Notes under the pieces: model-generated | Told to the model about the DNA's origin: nothing | Database searches by the model: none | What the model saw: the letters and a program-made list of their open reading frames with translations, nothing else | Part shown: positions 22,290 to 35,489 of the stretch, one piece after another | Layout: every line of letters starts with the position of its first letter | Position numbering within the stretch: position 1 is the first letter of the stretch | NCBI RefSeq assembly: GCF_963921235.1 | Contig: NC_086109.1 | Coordinates: 34,784,001 to 34,848,000 of the forward strand | DNA: 64,000 bases | Reading direction: 5' to 3' | Source of the DNA: Mobula hypostoma | Lineage: Eukaryota | Program-made: the position numbers and the translations under genes

Positions 22290-24490
22290 GCTGGGCACAC
22301 TAAATGGCTGAAGGCAAAATTTGTGTTAATCCCAAAGCACACTTGTGCTTTTCATGCAGTAGTCAATGCCCTCGTCAATTAAATTTAAATTAAGAGGCAG
22401 AAATTGACGGTCTTAGAGATAAATAATCAAATCTGTGTTCTGTGGCAGTACCAATTGTGCCATTGTTAAAACCTCATGAATCAATTAAGATCTGTGCTGA
22501 TTTCAAGCTGACTGTTAATGCTCTCTGATCCCTGGAACATATCCCAGACCTTGACTACAAGACATTTTGCAATTTTGTCTGGGGGAAAGCAGTTCACTAA
22601 GTTGGATTTGAGTCATGTATTTTGTTAGTTGAGCAGTCTGAAAAAAGGTTGATGTCTGTCAACATACATAAGAATTGTTCATATATAAATGACAGCTTTT
22701 GGGATTTCTGTCAGCACCTGCAACCTTTGGAGGGGTTGCTGAAGGTCACTGTATACTTGAATTATATCCTGGTTACAGGAGCCTTGAAAAATGAATACTT
22801 GTGGAATTTGGGCAAAATGTAGAGCAGAGAGGGAAAAGAAACAGGTCTATAATTAACAGGCATAAATGCTGATGAAGCAAGTACAGTACCTGGGTCACTG
22901 CATGGAAGAAAATGAACTACACTCAGTTCGAGAAAAGGTAAAAACCATGTCAAATGTTTTTGTCTCAACTAATGTACCAGTTAGAGGGTATACCTTTTGG
23001 GATTGTTGAATTATTTTAATAAATTCCTGCTAAATCCAGTATATTTTTGGCTCCATAGCATCAATTACTCCAAATTGGCATGATGGAGATGGACTGAAGC
23101 TTAAGAAGACTTTTGTGCTTTCCAAAGAACTTCGGCAGTCTGCTGATGTGCTAGTTCACAACTCAAGAGACAAAGTTAATCTTGTCATGCATCTCTTTAT
23201 GTGCATGTGTTGTCTAAAGAATGGAAGATGGCTCTGAAAAGGCAATGGGGTTTGTATCAGGAATGTTGACCACAGTGGAGGAAGACGTTCTTTTAATTAG
23301 ATGAGAATGGTATTAACCACTGTGACTGGAGTACAGCAGTTCTATAAGTACATTTAGTGGATATCAGTTCATTCACAAAACTCATCATTTTACTCTTCTG
23401 TAAAATGCAGCCAGTGCCGGAGACTGATGGCTTCTTTATAAGTTCAACAATGTACTTTGGCCTTGAGAGCCTGTGAATGTATTATTGCTGTTAAAGCAAG
23501 AGAATACCATGGAAACACAAGTGTTCTCAGTAATCTTCTGGTGCCAATGACGACAGCTGTTGAATGAAAACAGGGCCAAATGCTAAATGATGGGTCATCT
23601 GGATGTTCTGCCTGCGAATAATTTGCAAACCAGTCAGCGGCCAGCAATAGATCCTGTTCTGCCTCAAACCCCCGTGTATGTCATGAAAAAGTGACCTTCA
23701 ACAAAGAACTGCAGTTAATGTCCAGCCATTCCAGGAACATAGTGTGAATAGATGGCCGTGTTGTGTAGGAAGCCTGAACTTGCCATTCCCTCACCATGCA
23801 TGCATTGTTTCTGAAACAAGTTATTGATTGACAAGTGGTGACAACAATGGACTCTGACATTCAGTAAAAAGTGTTGCCTTTTCCTAAGTGAAAGGAAAAT
23901 ATAGATGTATTTTCTTCTGTGGTCTTGTCGCCTGAGCAGCTGTGGAGTAGAGTCCATATCAATTATTTTGGACCTTCCCTAGGGAAGATCTTCCTTGTGA
24001 TAATTGACACATACTTGAAGTGGATGGACGTATATTCAATTGATGTTTCAACATCAACTGCGGCAATTGTAAAGACGAGACTGAAGAAGTGTACTCCTGG
24101 ATTACCTCACATTTTAGAGCCACACAATGGATGTTATTTCACGAATACAGAACTTAAGTTATCATGAAACCAAATGGGATTTTTATTGCGAAATCTCCCC
24201 ATCTTATCCTTGTAATGATGGATTAGTGGAGGGAGCCATTCATACTTATCAGGAAGGATTAAGAACATGCAAGGAGGCAGAATTGACACAATGCACTTCA
24301 ATCCCTGTTTATTTGAGTTGTGCAATCTTCAACCGTACAGGCATCAGGAGAGATGCTTATGGCAAAAAGAAAACTGAGGTCTACTTTAGATCTCATCATT
24401 CCCAATCAGAAGACAAAAGCACAAAACAGCCAATTAAAATGATGGAATATCATAGCAAAAGTGTAAAGCTAAGTGTTTCACAGCTGAAGA
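22290..24490 (+). mobile_element. Decayed Gypsy/Ty3 internal region (RT, RNase H, integrase)
   Basis: PIVPLLKPHESIKICADFKLTVN (~22451), VYLNYILVTG (degenerate YLDD) and WSRVHINYFGP..FLVIIDTYLKW integrase motif; many stops. Confidence 0.85.
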
Positions 24491-25302
24491 AAGAAGTATT
24501 TGCTTACTCCAATCATGGGCGAAGGCAGATTCTTGCTGTAGCTGAGGCAGTACAGGAGCATTCTCATGTGTGGGAAATGGACAGGTCACCCCATGGCAGG
24601 TGGCTTGAACGTGAGCAGAGTTCACTGTCACTGGGTTACCACAGGTCTCAGGGTATGACCACAACCATGAAATGTCTTTAGACATTGTACATCAGGAATA
24701 AGACTTTCTAAGGGACTGGTAGAAGTAATATTTTCTAAGGTGGTTGGATCAAAGGTATCTGAGTAGTCAGTTGTTCTTGAAGTGTAGGTCAGGCAGGCTA
24801 CCAGAGGGAACAAATCTCCATCATGTCTGAAGACTCCTGTCAGATGATGTGAGCACATTGCTTTCTCAAAGAAAAAATCCCGTATTGCACAATGGTTAAT
24901 GCTAAGTAAGCTTCAATGGGTATGGGGTGAAGAAACCTATGTCTACTTTTTGTCTTTCAACTCAGTGGAAGTCATTTACATTTGGACTTTCTTATGACAC
25001 TGCTTGATTTTTGGAAAATTCAATTTTCGGTAATGGTTATGCTAGGCAGACATGTGCAGGCCAAATGTGCTTTCAACCAATAAATAAAACTGCAAAGTGA
25101 TAAATCTCAGGCTCCTTTGTTAAGACATAATTCATTGCTTATTTTAACCATGACTGTGTACTCAATGGTTAAATGGTATAGGTGGTGAAAAGGCCTCCTG
25201 TGGATTTTAATTGAGGGCAGAGCTCTGATTTGGGAACAACATCTTTGTTTTTCTGTCATTGTTAAGGATTCTAAGGCTTTCACATTTTTTAAAGATGTAC
25301 CC

Positions 25303-26203
25303 TGTTACGTACCCCGTAACTGGGTTGCCAAACCAGCAGAAATGGATCACTCAGTTGGAGTCTGGATTACTAGAACTAAGAAAGTTTTATTAAAGAAACA
25401 AGCAACACAGTACTCCAATCAAAAGGATCATAAATGCAACAGTTCAGCAATGATAAACTCACATGTACACAGAATTAAGATAACAGGATCAATCAAGCTC
25501 TATCGTTGTCTAGGGGTAAATGACCAGTTTCAAAGTGACGCAAAGTTCAGTTCAATTTAGTTCAGTTCAGTTTGCAGTAATCGCTGCCGTGGGAGATGGA
25601 CAGTGGGGGGAAGGAGAGAGAGAGCAAAACGAATGAATATTCAAACGGCTTCCACACACAGATCTTCGATATTCTTCTCAGTCAGCTTTCGGGCGAGCCC
25701 TTTGTGATGTCATCTGAGGTCACTGACCGTGACCCCTCCATTTCCAGATACGATCGTTTCTCTGCAGTGAACCTGGCACCCAGGCAAGGGCGGACACACA
25801 CCAGGTTCCCGCCGATCGTGCCTTTCCACCCTGCGCATCTATGGCTTGATCCCGCGACCAGCCGTCCAAAACTTCCCACTGACTTGTGGGAGACGCACCG
25901 CTTCCAGGGTCTCGTTACCTCGGGGTATCGTGTGTGTTGCCTTAGCGAACCTGTCCCTTTTTATCCCCCTGCTGGGGTATCGCCTGTCCATCACTTCAAA
26001 CAGTTCAGGGTTCAAAGGGGGAGCCGATCTTGACAGCTCTCCTTCCGTTACTCTCTCCCGTCCCTTCATTAACATCTCCAAATGCTGCTCCATTGTTTTC
26101 CTTATCTCTCTTTCTCCTGAAGACAGGTGGCAGACCAACTGCTGATCCCACTGGTGCCAGCCCAGGCCAGCTAACATCTTAATTTATGTGTATTCTCGTC
26201 ACA
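25303..26203 (-). mobile_element. Solo LTR (Gypsy-type), 901 bp
   Basis: TGTTACG...CGTCACA termini; 4-bp flanks ACCC/ACCT; minus-strand GATAAAAA (~25960) and AATAAA (~25390); CpG retained. Confidence 0.8.
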
Positions 26204-28329
26204 ACCTTAAGATTATATGATTTTATTTTCATCCTTGTCCAACTTACACCCATAATCTCAACAACACTATGTTAATAAAATCCTCTCCTCTTCCTTCCCC
26301 ACCCCATCAAATCCTACTTCTCACATGATCCTCTCCACGTGACACCACATCCTCAATCCTCTTGCCATCTCTACCACAATTTGCATCCTTTGTAATTCAC
26401 ACTATCTGTAAAATGGGTGATCCTTTTGCGCACATTTAATAAGATAAGATTTTTTTTTACTCCCACAGTTAATACCTTGGGCCTCTTGCAGAGTAAGGGA
26501 GAGCTACCTATGGATCTAACATGAATTTGGCTGGGACTCTTCTTGTATCATTCCTCATGTAGCTTTGGGAATTCTGTAATTTATAGGTCCTTAAATTTTA
26601 TGAAGAGGAACCTATTGTGTAAATGTGAATGCAGTGGTTATTGTATGAATTATTAGTTGGGTCAGGTGGAATACATGAACAGTTTGGAAAAAAAAACTGC
26701 CACATAATCAATAATTTGTAGATCAGCAGCTCTTTATGATGGAAATGTCAATAAAGCCACGTCTAATACTAATGGGTAGTCTGCACTAGGTTCGGGAAAC
26801 TTGTGTGAAAGCTGTGACAAACATTCAGAGGAAATTTATGGAAATGATTTTAAGGATGAGTGTTTTCAGCTAGAGAAAACAATGTTCCAGGAAAGCCTAA
26901 AGTCTGAAACAAAAGGTATTGTGAAGCGAATTACTATTGGAAAAAGAAGTCCCTAAGTGCTGTCATTTCTCTTTAGTAACATCGTAATTTGGAAATGTAC
27001 ATTCAAGATCAATATCAAAGCACTGAGGGTGGGGAATCAGACTCTTATACATAAACTGTTTTGCAGAAACAATGGTAAAGGCAGGAGAAATTTGAAAATG
27101 TTAAAAATAGATATTGTAATAGGAAATGTTGGAGTTGTTGAATGAAATGGTAGGATAATAGATGTATTATAGGCAAAAGAAATGTCTGCTCATTGAAAAA
27201 TCCAGAATACCATGGCCCAATGTTTACACACATTATTAAAGATGAATTTTACTTCAGTGTTGAATATTCAATAATCTGGGCAGTGCAGTCTTCATATTGT
27301 ATGATATTTTGCATTTATTCAATATTCTTGAGCTATTTTTCTTAGATATCAATGGTTTAATTTAAGACAGATCTATTAATAAATGTTAGATATCTTGATT
27401 TTTCTTCTGATGTTGTATACAAACTGAGTATGGGATGACATTCCTCTGCCAAGTTCATTGAATGTTGGCCTTGTTAAAATAAGATTTAAGTTCAAGTGCT
27501 ATTGCTAATTTACTTCAGAATTTTGTCACATGTCCTTAAATAGATAACATTTTTTAAAAAGAATTAAAAATTAATTGGAGGTTAAACAACAGAGGTATCC
27601 AGGAAACAAGCAGTTTTGTTTTTTGCCCTTCAGAATTTAATTATTTGGTCTTCAAGATATGTAATATATTGAAGAGATCTGGACATAATTGTATAATTAG
27701 ATTACAGTAGTTTAATTGTAAGTGCTGGAAATGGGTATGATAATGAATAAGAACATCAATTATTCAACCATTAAAAGATATCTTGTGGATACCTCCAAGG
27801 CTAAGAAGTAAAAGTCCTTCTGTTGCTGATTGCACCATAGCATTAATATGTAGTAATGCCATCAAAGTTTGTGATCTTTTGTGCTTCTAAATGCTGTTCC
27901 TAAATTATAAATATATGTATTTCATTAACTCTTTAGCTCTTTATATAAATCAAAATGTCGGGCTGAATATCAAGTGCCCACTCAGTCAATTTCAAATTCA
28001 AATTAAATTATCTATTTACATTTTACATATGAATTTTCTAGGTTCCGGGCATTTGTTGCCCTTCCCTGATTGTGCCTGGGGAAAGTGGGGTTGAGCCACC
28101 TTCCTGCACGCTGCTGTGCTTCTGGTGAAAGGATTGCCATAGTGCTGTTGGGAAGAGGCTCCCAGGATTTACATAGGAAAGGTGAAACAACAGGGCTCCA
28201 GGGTAGGCATGCCAATTAGATAGAAATTTGGCTTGAGTGGTAAGAGGACCAGAAGGTGGTAATGGAAGATGTTTTTTTCACAGCAGTGGTGGTGCTGAGA
28301 GGTTCTGTGGTAGACCCTCTGTTGTGTGT

Positions 28330-28885
28330 CATACATACTGATGATTATGATGAGACTGTCGGTGGTGTAATGAGCAAGTTTGCAAATGAAAGGAAAATTG
28401 GTGGAGAATAATGAGGAAAGCATCTAAGGTTGCAATAGGATATTTGATCAAGTCATCAAAGGAATAGCAAGTGGAATTTCAACTGGATAAAAGTGAAGTG
28501 ATGAAATTTAGAAAGATAAACTAGGTTAGTGCATGCACAGTGAGTGGCAGAATGTTGTTGAGCAGAGACACGTAACAGTACAGGAACGTAATTCTCTGAA
28601 TGTAGCAATATAGATGGATAGATTTGTATAGAAGGCATATGGCACACTTGCCTTCATCAGATAAGTCATTGAGTCCAAGTTGAGACACCATTTTACAGTA
28701 TACAGAACACTGACTAGGCCACACTTGGAGAATTCTGTGTATTTCAAGGGCAATATAATGCAGGAAAAATATGATTAACCTAGAGAGGGTGCAGAAAAAT
28801 TCACAAGGATATTTACTGGATTGGAGCGATTGAGTTATAAGGATAGACTGGGTAGGTATGGATTGTTTTCCCTGGAGTGAAAGAG
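28330..28885 (+). mobile_element. Degenerate CR1 RT/3' fragment
   Basis: SKFAN..KIGG and TRPHLENSV motifs. Confidence 0.75.
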
Positions 28886-29924
28886 GGACACCAACCTCCA
28901 ACAATTTCAAACAATCAGTCTATTCTCATGAATTTAAATATACAGTAAATGCCTCTTACTTACTTTGCTGCTGTGAGTCCCATTTTCTCCATCGCACTTT
29001 CTCTCTCTCTTACTTTCATCTGTGGAAGACCCAGTGCACTGTAGTTTCTCTCTGTGTACAGAGCAGTAATTGAATGTCTCTATTCTATAAAAAGAATCAT
29101 CCAACAACACTCATTTCCTAATTACCATCCTAACTTAATCTGAATTGTAACAATTCCTACAACTCTCCTTTGCCCTTGAGTAATATCCCACAATGCGTTA
29201 TATTTTCCAACAATGTGAGGCTGCCGCTGCCACAAGTAAGTTTTTCATTACATTTGTGCACTTAACAATAAACTTGACTTTCACTTCATGACTTATCTCT
29301 TTTCTAGCTTTAATTAGGTATATTTTTGCCATATACCAATCTAGTCCAAATAAATAACAAGTTAATTGTTTCTGAATTTAAACTATCCTTTATTTTAGTC
29401 CATAAGATGTTTCACTGGTGCTTTTGTATTTCTCCTGCTAGACTAGAGTCCTATCCTTCTGTTCCTGAGTGAAACAATAAATTTTACAGCTTCTTGCTGT
29501 GTTCTTCAGTTTAGTTGAGTGTTACCAAACTGTGGGGCAGTCTGCCTGAGTGAGAAATTATTCCTTCTATTAAGATCAGGTTGTACTATAGTTAATTTTT
29601 TTTAACTTTCTCTGGATTAAAAAAATATATATAGCAGGGGAGGAGCCTTTTGAAAATTACAAGTCATCCACTCCATCAGAATGAGTCTTTTCTTCGAGCC
29701 AATAAAAAGAAAGGAGGTATAAGTGGAGTGGTCATTGTTGGAGTGGGACAGTGGTAGAGTGGCCTGGCGTTGGCTCAACAGGCTTGGGTATGCACAGGGG
29801 AAAGTTTTAAGTAAGTTTCCTATAAGTTGTTTTTTGTGTTTGTACAGTGCATAGACAGTGTGCTGAGAGTGGGTCCAGCGTTAGTAATACGTTCCTTTTC
29901 TGAGATATGGGGATATTGGGAGAC

Positions 29925-30372
29925 CTCCAGTCTCCGTGTGTGGTGAAAAAGGCACAGCAGCACCTCTTTCACCTCAGACCATTGAAGAAATTTGGTATGT
30001 GCCTCCAAATCCTAAGAACTTACTATAGGGGCACAATTGAGAGTATCCTGACTGGCTGCGTCATTGCCTAGTATGGGAACTCTACTTCCCTCAATGGCAG
30101 GACTCTGCAGAGAGTTGTGCAGACAGCCCAATGCATCTGTAGATGCAAACCCACTATTCAGGACATTTATAAAGACAGGTGTGTAAAAAGGGCCTGAAGG
30201 ATCACTGGGGACCCGAGTCAACCTAACCACAAACTGTTCCAGCTGCTACCATTTGGGAATGGTACCGCAGCATAAAAACAAGGACCAACAGAGTCTGGGG
30301 CAGGTTCTTCTACCAGGCCATCAGACTGCCTAATCCGTGCTGACACAACAGTATTTCTATGTTATATTGACT
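29925..30372 (+). mobile_element. Rex-Babar/L2-type LINE 3' fragment
   Basis: KKAQQHLFHLRPLKKFG..NLL.GTIESILTGC..WYG-like segment. Confidence 0.75.
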
Positions 30373-30449
30373 GTCCTGTCCATCTTGAACTCTGGTTCCA
30401 TCCCCAGGGGTCATGCCAGGCCCTTCGCCTCCTCTTGACAGTCCCACAG

Positions 30450-30608
30450 TATGCCAGGCAGCATCTATGGGAAAGAGTAAACAATTGACGTTTCGGGCTG
30501 GAACCCTTCATCAGGAGTCCAAATGAAGGGCCTCGTCCCGAAACGCTGACTATACTCCTTTCCATTGATGCTGCCTGGCCTGCTGAGTTCCTCCAGCAAT
30601 TTGTGTTT
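30450..30608. repeat. PLE 3'-end palindrome with two hammerhead remnants
   Basis: Minus arm TCCTGATGAAGGGTTCCAGCCCGAAACGTCAATT; plus arm AGTCCAAATGAAGGGCCTCGTCCCGAAACGCTGACT. Confidence 0.8.
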
Positions 30609-30611
30609 TAT

Positions 30612-30788
30612 GTTTTATATTTGAAATTAATTTAGATCACTTTGTAAAAATCTGTTTTCATTTTGACACAAAAGTACTTTCCTGTTGATCAGTGTTTTTT
30701 TTTAAAAAGCCAAAATAAATCCACTGTGATTCAATGTTGTAAAACAATAAAACTTATAAGGGGGTGAATACTTTTTATGGGCACTATA
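30612..30788 (+). mobile_element. Tc1-like transposon right-end remnant
   Basis: Ends GGGGTGAATACTTTTTATGGGCACTATA, typical of a Tc1 terminus. Confidence 0.55.
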
Positions 30789-32234
30789 TATATTGGCACC
30801 AGTGACATCGGTAGGAAAAGGGAGGAGGTCCTGAAGATAGGTAGAAATCTGAAAGGCAGGGCCTCCAGGGTAGCAATCTCTTGATTACTGGTGTACTGTA
30901 TGCAAGTGAGGGGAAGAATACGATGATTTGGTAGATGAATGTGTGGCTGAAGAATTGGTGCAAAGGGCAGGTTTTCAGATTTCTGGATCATTGGGATCTC
31001 TTCTGGGGAAGGTTTGACCCGTACAAAAAGGATGGTTTATACCTGAACCTGAATATCCTTGTGGGAAGGTTTGCTGGAGCTGTTGGAGTGGATTTAAACT
31101 AATTTTAATGGGGAATGGGAACCAGAGTGATAGAGTTGATTCAGTGTGTAGTGAGACTAGATGATAGGTGATAGATACAGGACTGAAGGTGATATATTTG
31201 AATTCATGAAGTATACAGAATAAGGAAGATAACTTTGTAGTGCAATTAGAAATTGGTCGTTACAACATGGTAGGCGTTACTGAGTTGTAGCTGAAGCAAT
31301 ATCATAACTGGGAGCTTAACATCTAAGGATACATTTTGTATTGAAAGGCCAGGCAGGTAGGCAGAGGGGGTGGGATGGCTCTTGGTAAAAGATGAAATCA
31401 AAATCTTAGAAAGGGGTAGATTAGGATTGAAATGTACAGAATCCTTGTCAGTAAAGTTAAGAAACTGAAAGAGTGAAAAGTTCCTGATGGGAGTTCCAAA
31501 CAGGTCTCAAAGAGTAGCCAGGATGTAGGATACAAATCTTAATGGGAAACAGAAAAGGCATGTAAAAAGGGCAATGTTGCAATTGTCATGGGGGATTTCA
31601 ACATGGGGGTTTTCATGGGAAAATCAGGTCGGTGCTGGATTCCAAGAGAGGGAATTTGTAGAAGACCTATGAAAAGACTTTTTAGAGCAGCTTGTGGTTG
31701 AGCCCACTAAGGTAAGGGAAAATCTGCATTCGGTGTTGTGTAATAAGCCACATTTGATTGGGGAGCTTAAAATAAGGAAATGCTTAGGAAGCGATGATCA
31801 TAATATGATAAACTTTACCTTACAGTTTGAGAAGGAGAAGATAAAGTCAAATCTATCAGTATTATGGTGGAATAAAGGGAATTACAGAGGCATGAGAGAT
31901 GAGCTGGCCCACATTGATTGGAATGACACTAACAGGGATGTTGGCAGAACAATAATGGCTGCAGTTTCTGGAGACAATTTGGAATGCACAGGACAGATGC
32001 ATCCCAAATGTGAAAAAGTATTCTAAAGGGTGGTGAGGCAACTGTCACTGACATGGGAAGTCAAAGACAGCATAAAGGTAAAGGAGAGGGCATACAATAT
32101 AGCAAAAATTAGTGAGAAACTTTTAAAAACCAACAGAAGGCAATTTAAAAGAATTAAATGTGAAGGGAAGCTAGCCAATAATACAAAAATGGATATCAAT
32201 TTTTTTTTTCAAATATATAAAGAGTGAAAGAGAG

Positions 32235-32427
32235 ATGTCTTCAAGACGGCCACAACCTTGTTGTTTGCTTTGGAGGCTTGTGTGCCTCAATGACCAAGAG
32301 AGCTATGTTGGCAGTAGTAAAAACTGAGAGGAAGCCATTCACATGATGAAGAAAGCTCCGAACACCGCCAGCGTTGGAGGATCTTCATTGCTACCCTGAA
32401 CACCAGTGGCATAATAAGGAGTAAACA
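32235..32427 (+). mobile_element. Short non-autonomous RTE-like element with 12-bp TSD
   Basis: Flanks AGTGAAAGAGAG/AGTAAAAGAGAG; RTE-like 5' motif TTGGAGGCTTGTGTGCCTCAATGACC joined to a RQRWRIFIATL-type 3' end. Confidence 0.65.
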
Positions 32428-33633
32428 AGTAAAAGAGAGGTGAGAATAGATATCAGACTGCTGGAATAGGATGCTGGAGAGGTAGCAATGGGGGACAAAG
32501 AAATGACAGAGGAACTTGAGGGCATTGCATCAGTCTTCACTACGGAAGACACTAGAAGAATGCCAGAAACTAGAGTGTGTTAGGGGGCAGGCGTAAATGT
32601 TGTCACTGTTACTGAGGAGAAGGTGCTTGGGAAGAGGAAATGGCTGAATTTAGATGAATACCCTGAACCAGATGGACTACACATCAGGGTTCTGAAAGAT
32701 AGATGAAGAGGTTGTGGATACATTAATAATGATCTTTCAAGAATCACTAGATTCTGGAGTTGTTCCAGAGAATGAGAAAATTGCAAATGTCACTCCACTC
32801 TTCAATAAGGCAGGAAGGCAGAAGGAAAGAAATTATAGGCCAGTTAGCCTGATTTCAGTGGTTGGGAAGATGTTGGAATCCATTACTAAAGATGAGGTTT
32901 TGGCTATTTGGAGGCACATGATGAAATAGGCAAAGTCAGCATGGTTTCCTTGAGGGGAAATTTTGCCTGACAAGTCTATTGAAATTATTTGTGGAAATAA
33001 CAGGCCGGATAGACAAAGGAGAGTCGGTCAATGTTGTTTCTTGGATTTTTCAAAGGCCTTTGACAAAGTGCCACACATAAGGCTGCTTAATAAGATAACA
33101 GCCCATGATGTTACAGGAGAGATACTAGCATGGACAGAAGTTTAGTTGCCTGGAAGGAGGCAAAGTGTGGGAATAAAAGGAGCTTCTTCTGGTTGGCTGC
33201 TGATGACTAGTCACGTTCCATAGGGGTCAGTGTTGGAAACGCTTCTTTTGACATTACATCTGAATGATTCGGATAACGGAATTGATGGCTTTTTTGGCCA
33301 AAAATTGTGGCCAAATTTGTGGACAATACAAAGATAGGTGGAGGGGCAAGTTGTATTGAGGAAGCAGGGAGTCTGCAAGAGGGAATTCAACAAATTGGGA
33401 AAATGGGCGAGGAAGTGGCAAATAAAATATAGTGTAGGGAAGTGTATGGTCATGCAATTCATTGAAGGAATAAAGGCATTAACTATTTTCTAAATGGGAA
33501 GAAAATTCAAAAATAAGATGTGTAAAGAGACTTGGGAGTCCTTGAGCAGGATTCCCTAGAGCTTAAGTTGCAGTGTGAGCTGGTGTTAAGGAAGGCAAAT
33601 GTGATGACAGCATTCATTTCGAGAGGACTAGAA

Positions 33634-34011
33634 CAGCGGTCCCCAACCACCGGGCCGCAAAGCATGCGCTACCGGGCCGTGAGGAAACGATATAATTTGG
33701 CGATATGAGTCAGCTGCACCTTTCCTCGTTCCCTGTCATGCACTGTTGAGCTTGAACGCACGTGAGGTCATTACCCGCGCGTCATCCATGTCAGCGCGGG
33801 AAGGAGATCAACTCCACGAGCTTGCAAATGACGGCAGGCTGAAAAGTATGTTTGACATAACATCTCTGCCGGCATTCTGGATCAAAGTCAAGGCTAAATA
33901 TCCTGAGATAGCCACGGAAGCACTAAAAACGTTGCTTCCATTTCCAGCATATCTCTGCAATGAATGCAACGAAAACTAAATTGCGGAATAGACTGGACAT
34001 AAGGAACCCCC
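33634..34011 (+). mobile_element. hAT-Charlie non-autonomous element; left end plus transposase C-terminal (dimerisation) fragment
   Basis: CAGCGGTCCCCAACC terminus after a GACTAGAA target; SLPAFWIKVKAKYPEIATEALKTLLPFP.YLC. Confidence 0.85.
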
Positions 34012-35489
34012 TTCCCTATAGTGGTGAATCTAGGACCAGAAGGCACAGCCTCAGACTAGAGGGGCATCCACTTAGAACAGAAAGGAAGAGGAGTTCTTGG
34101 CACAATTGGTGCAGGTGGTTGTGGAGGCCAAATTAGTTAAAGCAGAGGTTGACAGGTTCTTGATTAGGCAGGGTGGCAGTGGTTATGGGAGAAGGCAGGC
34201 ACATTGGGTTGAGGGGATAATAAATCAACCAGTGAAGGAACGGTGCACAGAATCAATAGGCCAAATTCTTCTCCTGTGTCTTATGGTCTTATTTTGAGAT
34301 TAACAAAAATTTAAGTAATGTAAGTTGGGAAATAATTTCCATGGAGGAGTAATTTTAAAGCTGTAAATCTGTACATAGTAACATGGAAATGATGTAATAG
34401 GTCATGGTTTGTTATTGCACTCTTATTAACAAAACTACTTCAGTTTACTATTTAAGCCTCAGAAAACTTTGCTTGCTTGATTCTGGTGACCATTTAGATT
34501 AAGAATCCATTTTGGCCATATTATCTGTTTAATTTGGCACACAAAGTCAAGTAGTTGAAGGCCTTCTTTAGTAATTTATTCTCATTGTATGGTGAATAGG
34601 TGTAGTAGTGTACCTGTAGTTTGGTTTATGCCAATACAAAAATGCATATAGCTTGTTCATAAATGAGTTTTTGTGCAATTGAACCTACCGTTGAAAGATA
34701 ACTTTGGTACAATATATTCCATTTATAGAAATTTAATTTCCCTTGTTGAACAGAATAACTAAAGTAGATGTAGTGAAAGTTTCATTAGTATATTGAATCT
34801 AATGGTCTTTTCTCTAACTTGATAAATCTTCCAATTTTCCCTCAAAGTAGAAAGAAATTGATAGGAATCATTACCGCTGGTGAACAATTGTACAGTAATT
34901 GTGAATATGATAGCAAGAGGATACAGAGCAAGTCTCATTTCCAATCAAAACTCATTGAACAAAAATACTTCATCTAGAAATTGGAAAGTTTTAGTCAAAT
35001 ATCAGAAGCTTCATCATTGTTGCCATTTGTGTTCGACGACGTTATTCCTATCTACTTGAACTCATGAACAAAGGTACTTTGAAGATGCAGCAGGATGTCG
35101 ATCAGTTGCTAGCTTCCCTTCATATTTTATTTTTTCTTTCCCAATGGCTTTTTAAAATTGCCCTCTGTTGTTTTTTAAAAGCTTCTCACCAATTTTTGTT
35201 ATATTGTATGCCCTCTCCTTTACTTTTATGCTGTCTCTGCCTTCCTTTGTCAGCAATATTTGCCTCACCTCCCTTTAGAATACTTATTCACGTTTGGGAT
35301 GTATCTATCATGTGGATTCCAAATTGTCTCCAGAAATTGCAGTCATTGTTGTTCTGCTGACATCCCTGCCAGTGTCCTGTTCCAATCAACATTGGCCAGC
35401 TCATCTCTCATGCCCCTGTAATTCCCTTCATTCCACCGTAATACTGATGTATCTGACTTTATCTTCTCCTTCTCAAACTGTACGATAAA

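Larger units (their letters stand above)
30790..34295 (+). mobile_element. Old near-full CR1 (ORF1 end plus ORF2) carrying two nested insertions
   Basis: MGDFN, LGSDDHN, NYRPVSLISVVGKML and [12 protein letters not shown] motifs; CR1 3' end at ~34290. Confidence 0.85.
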
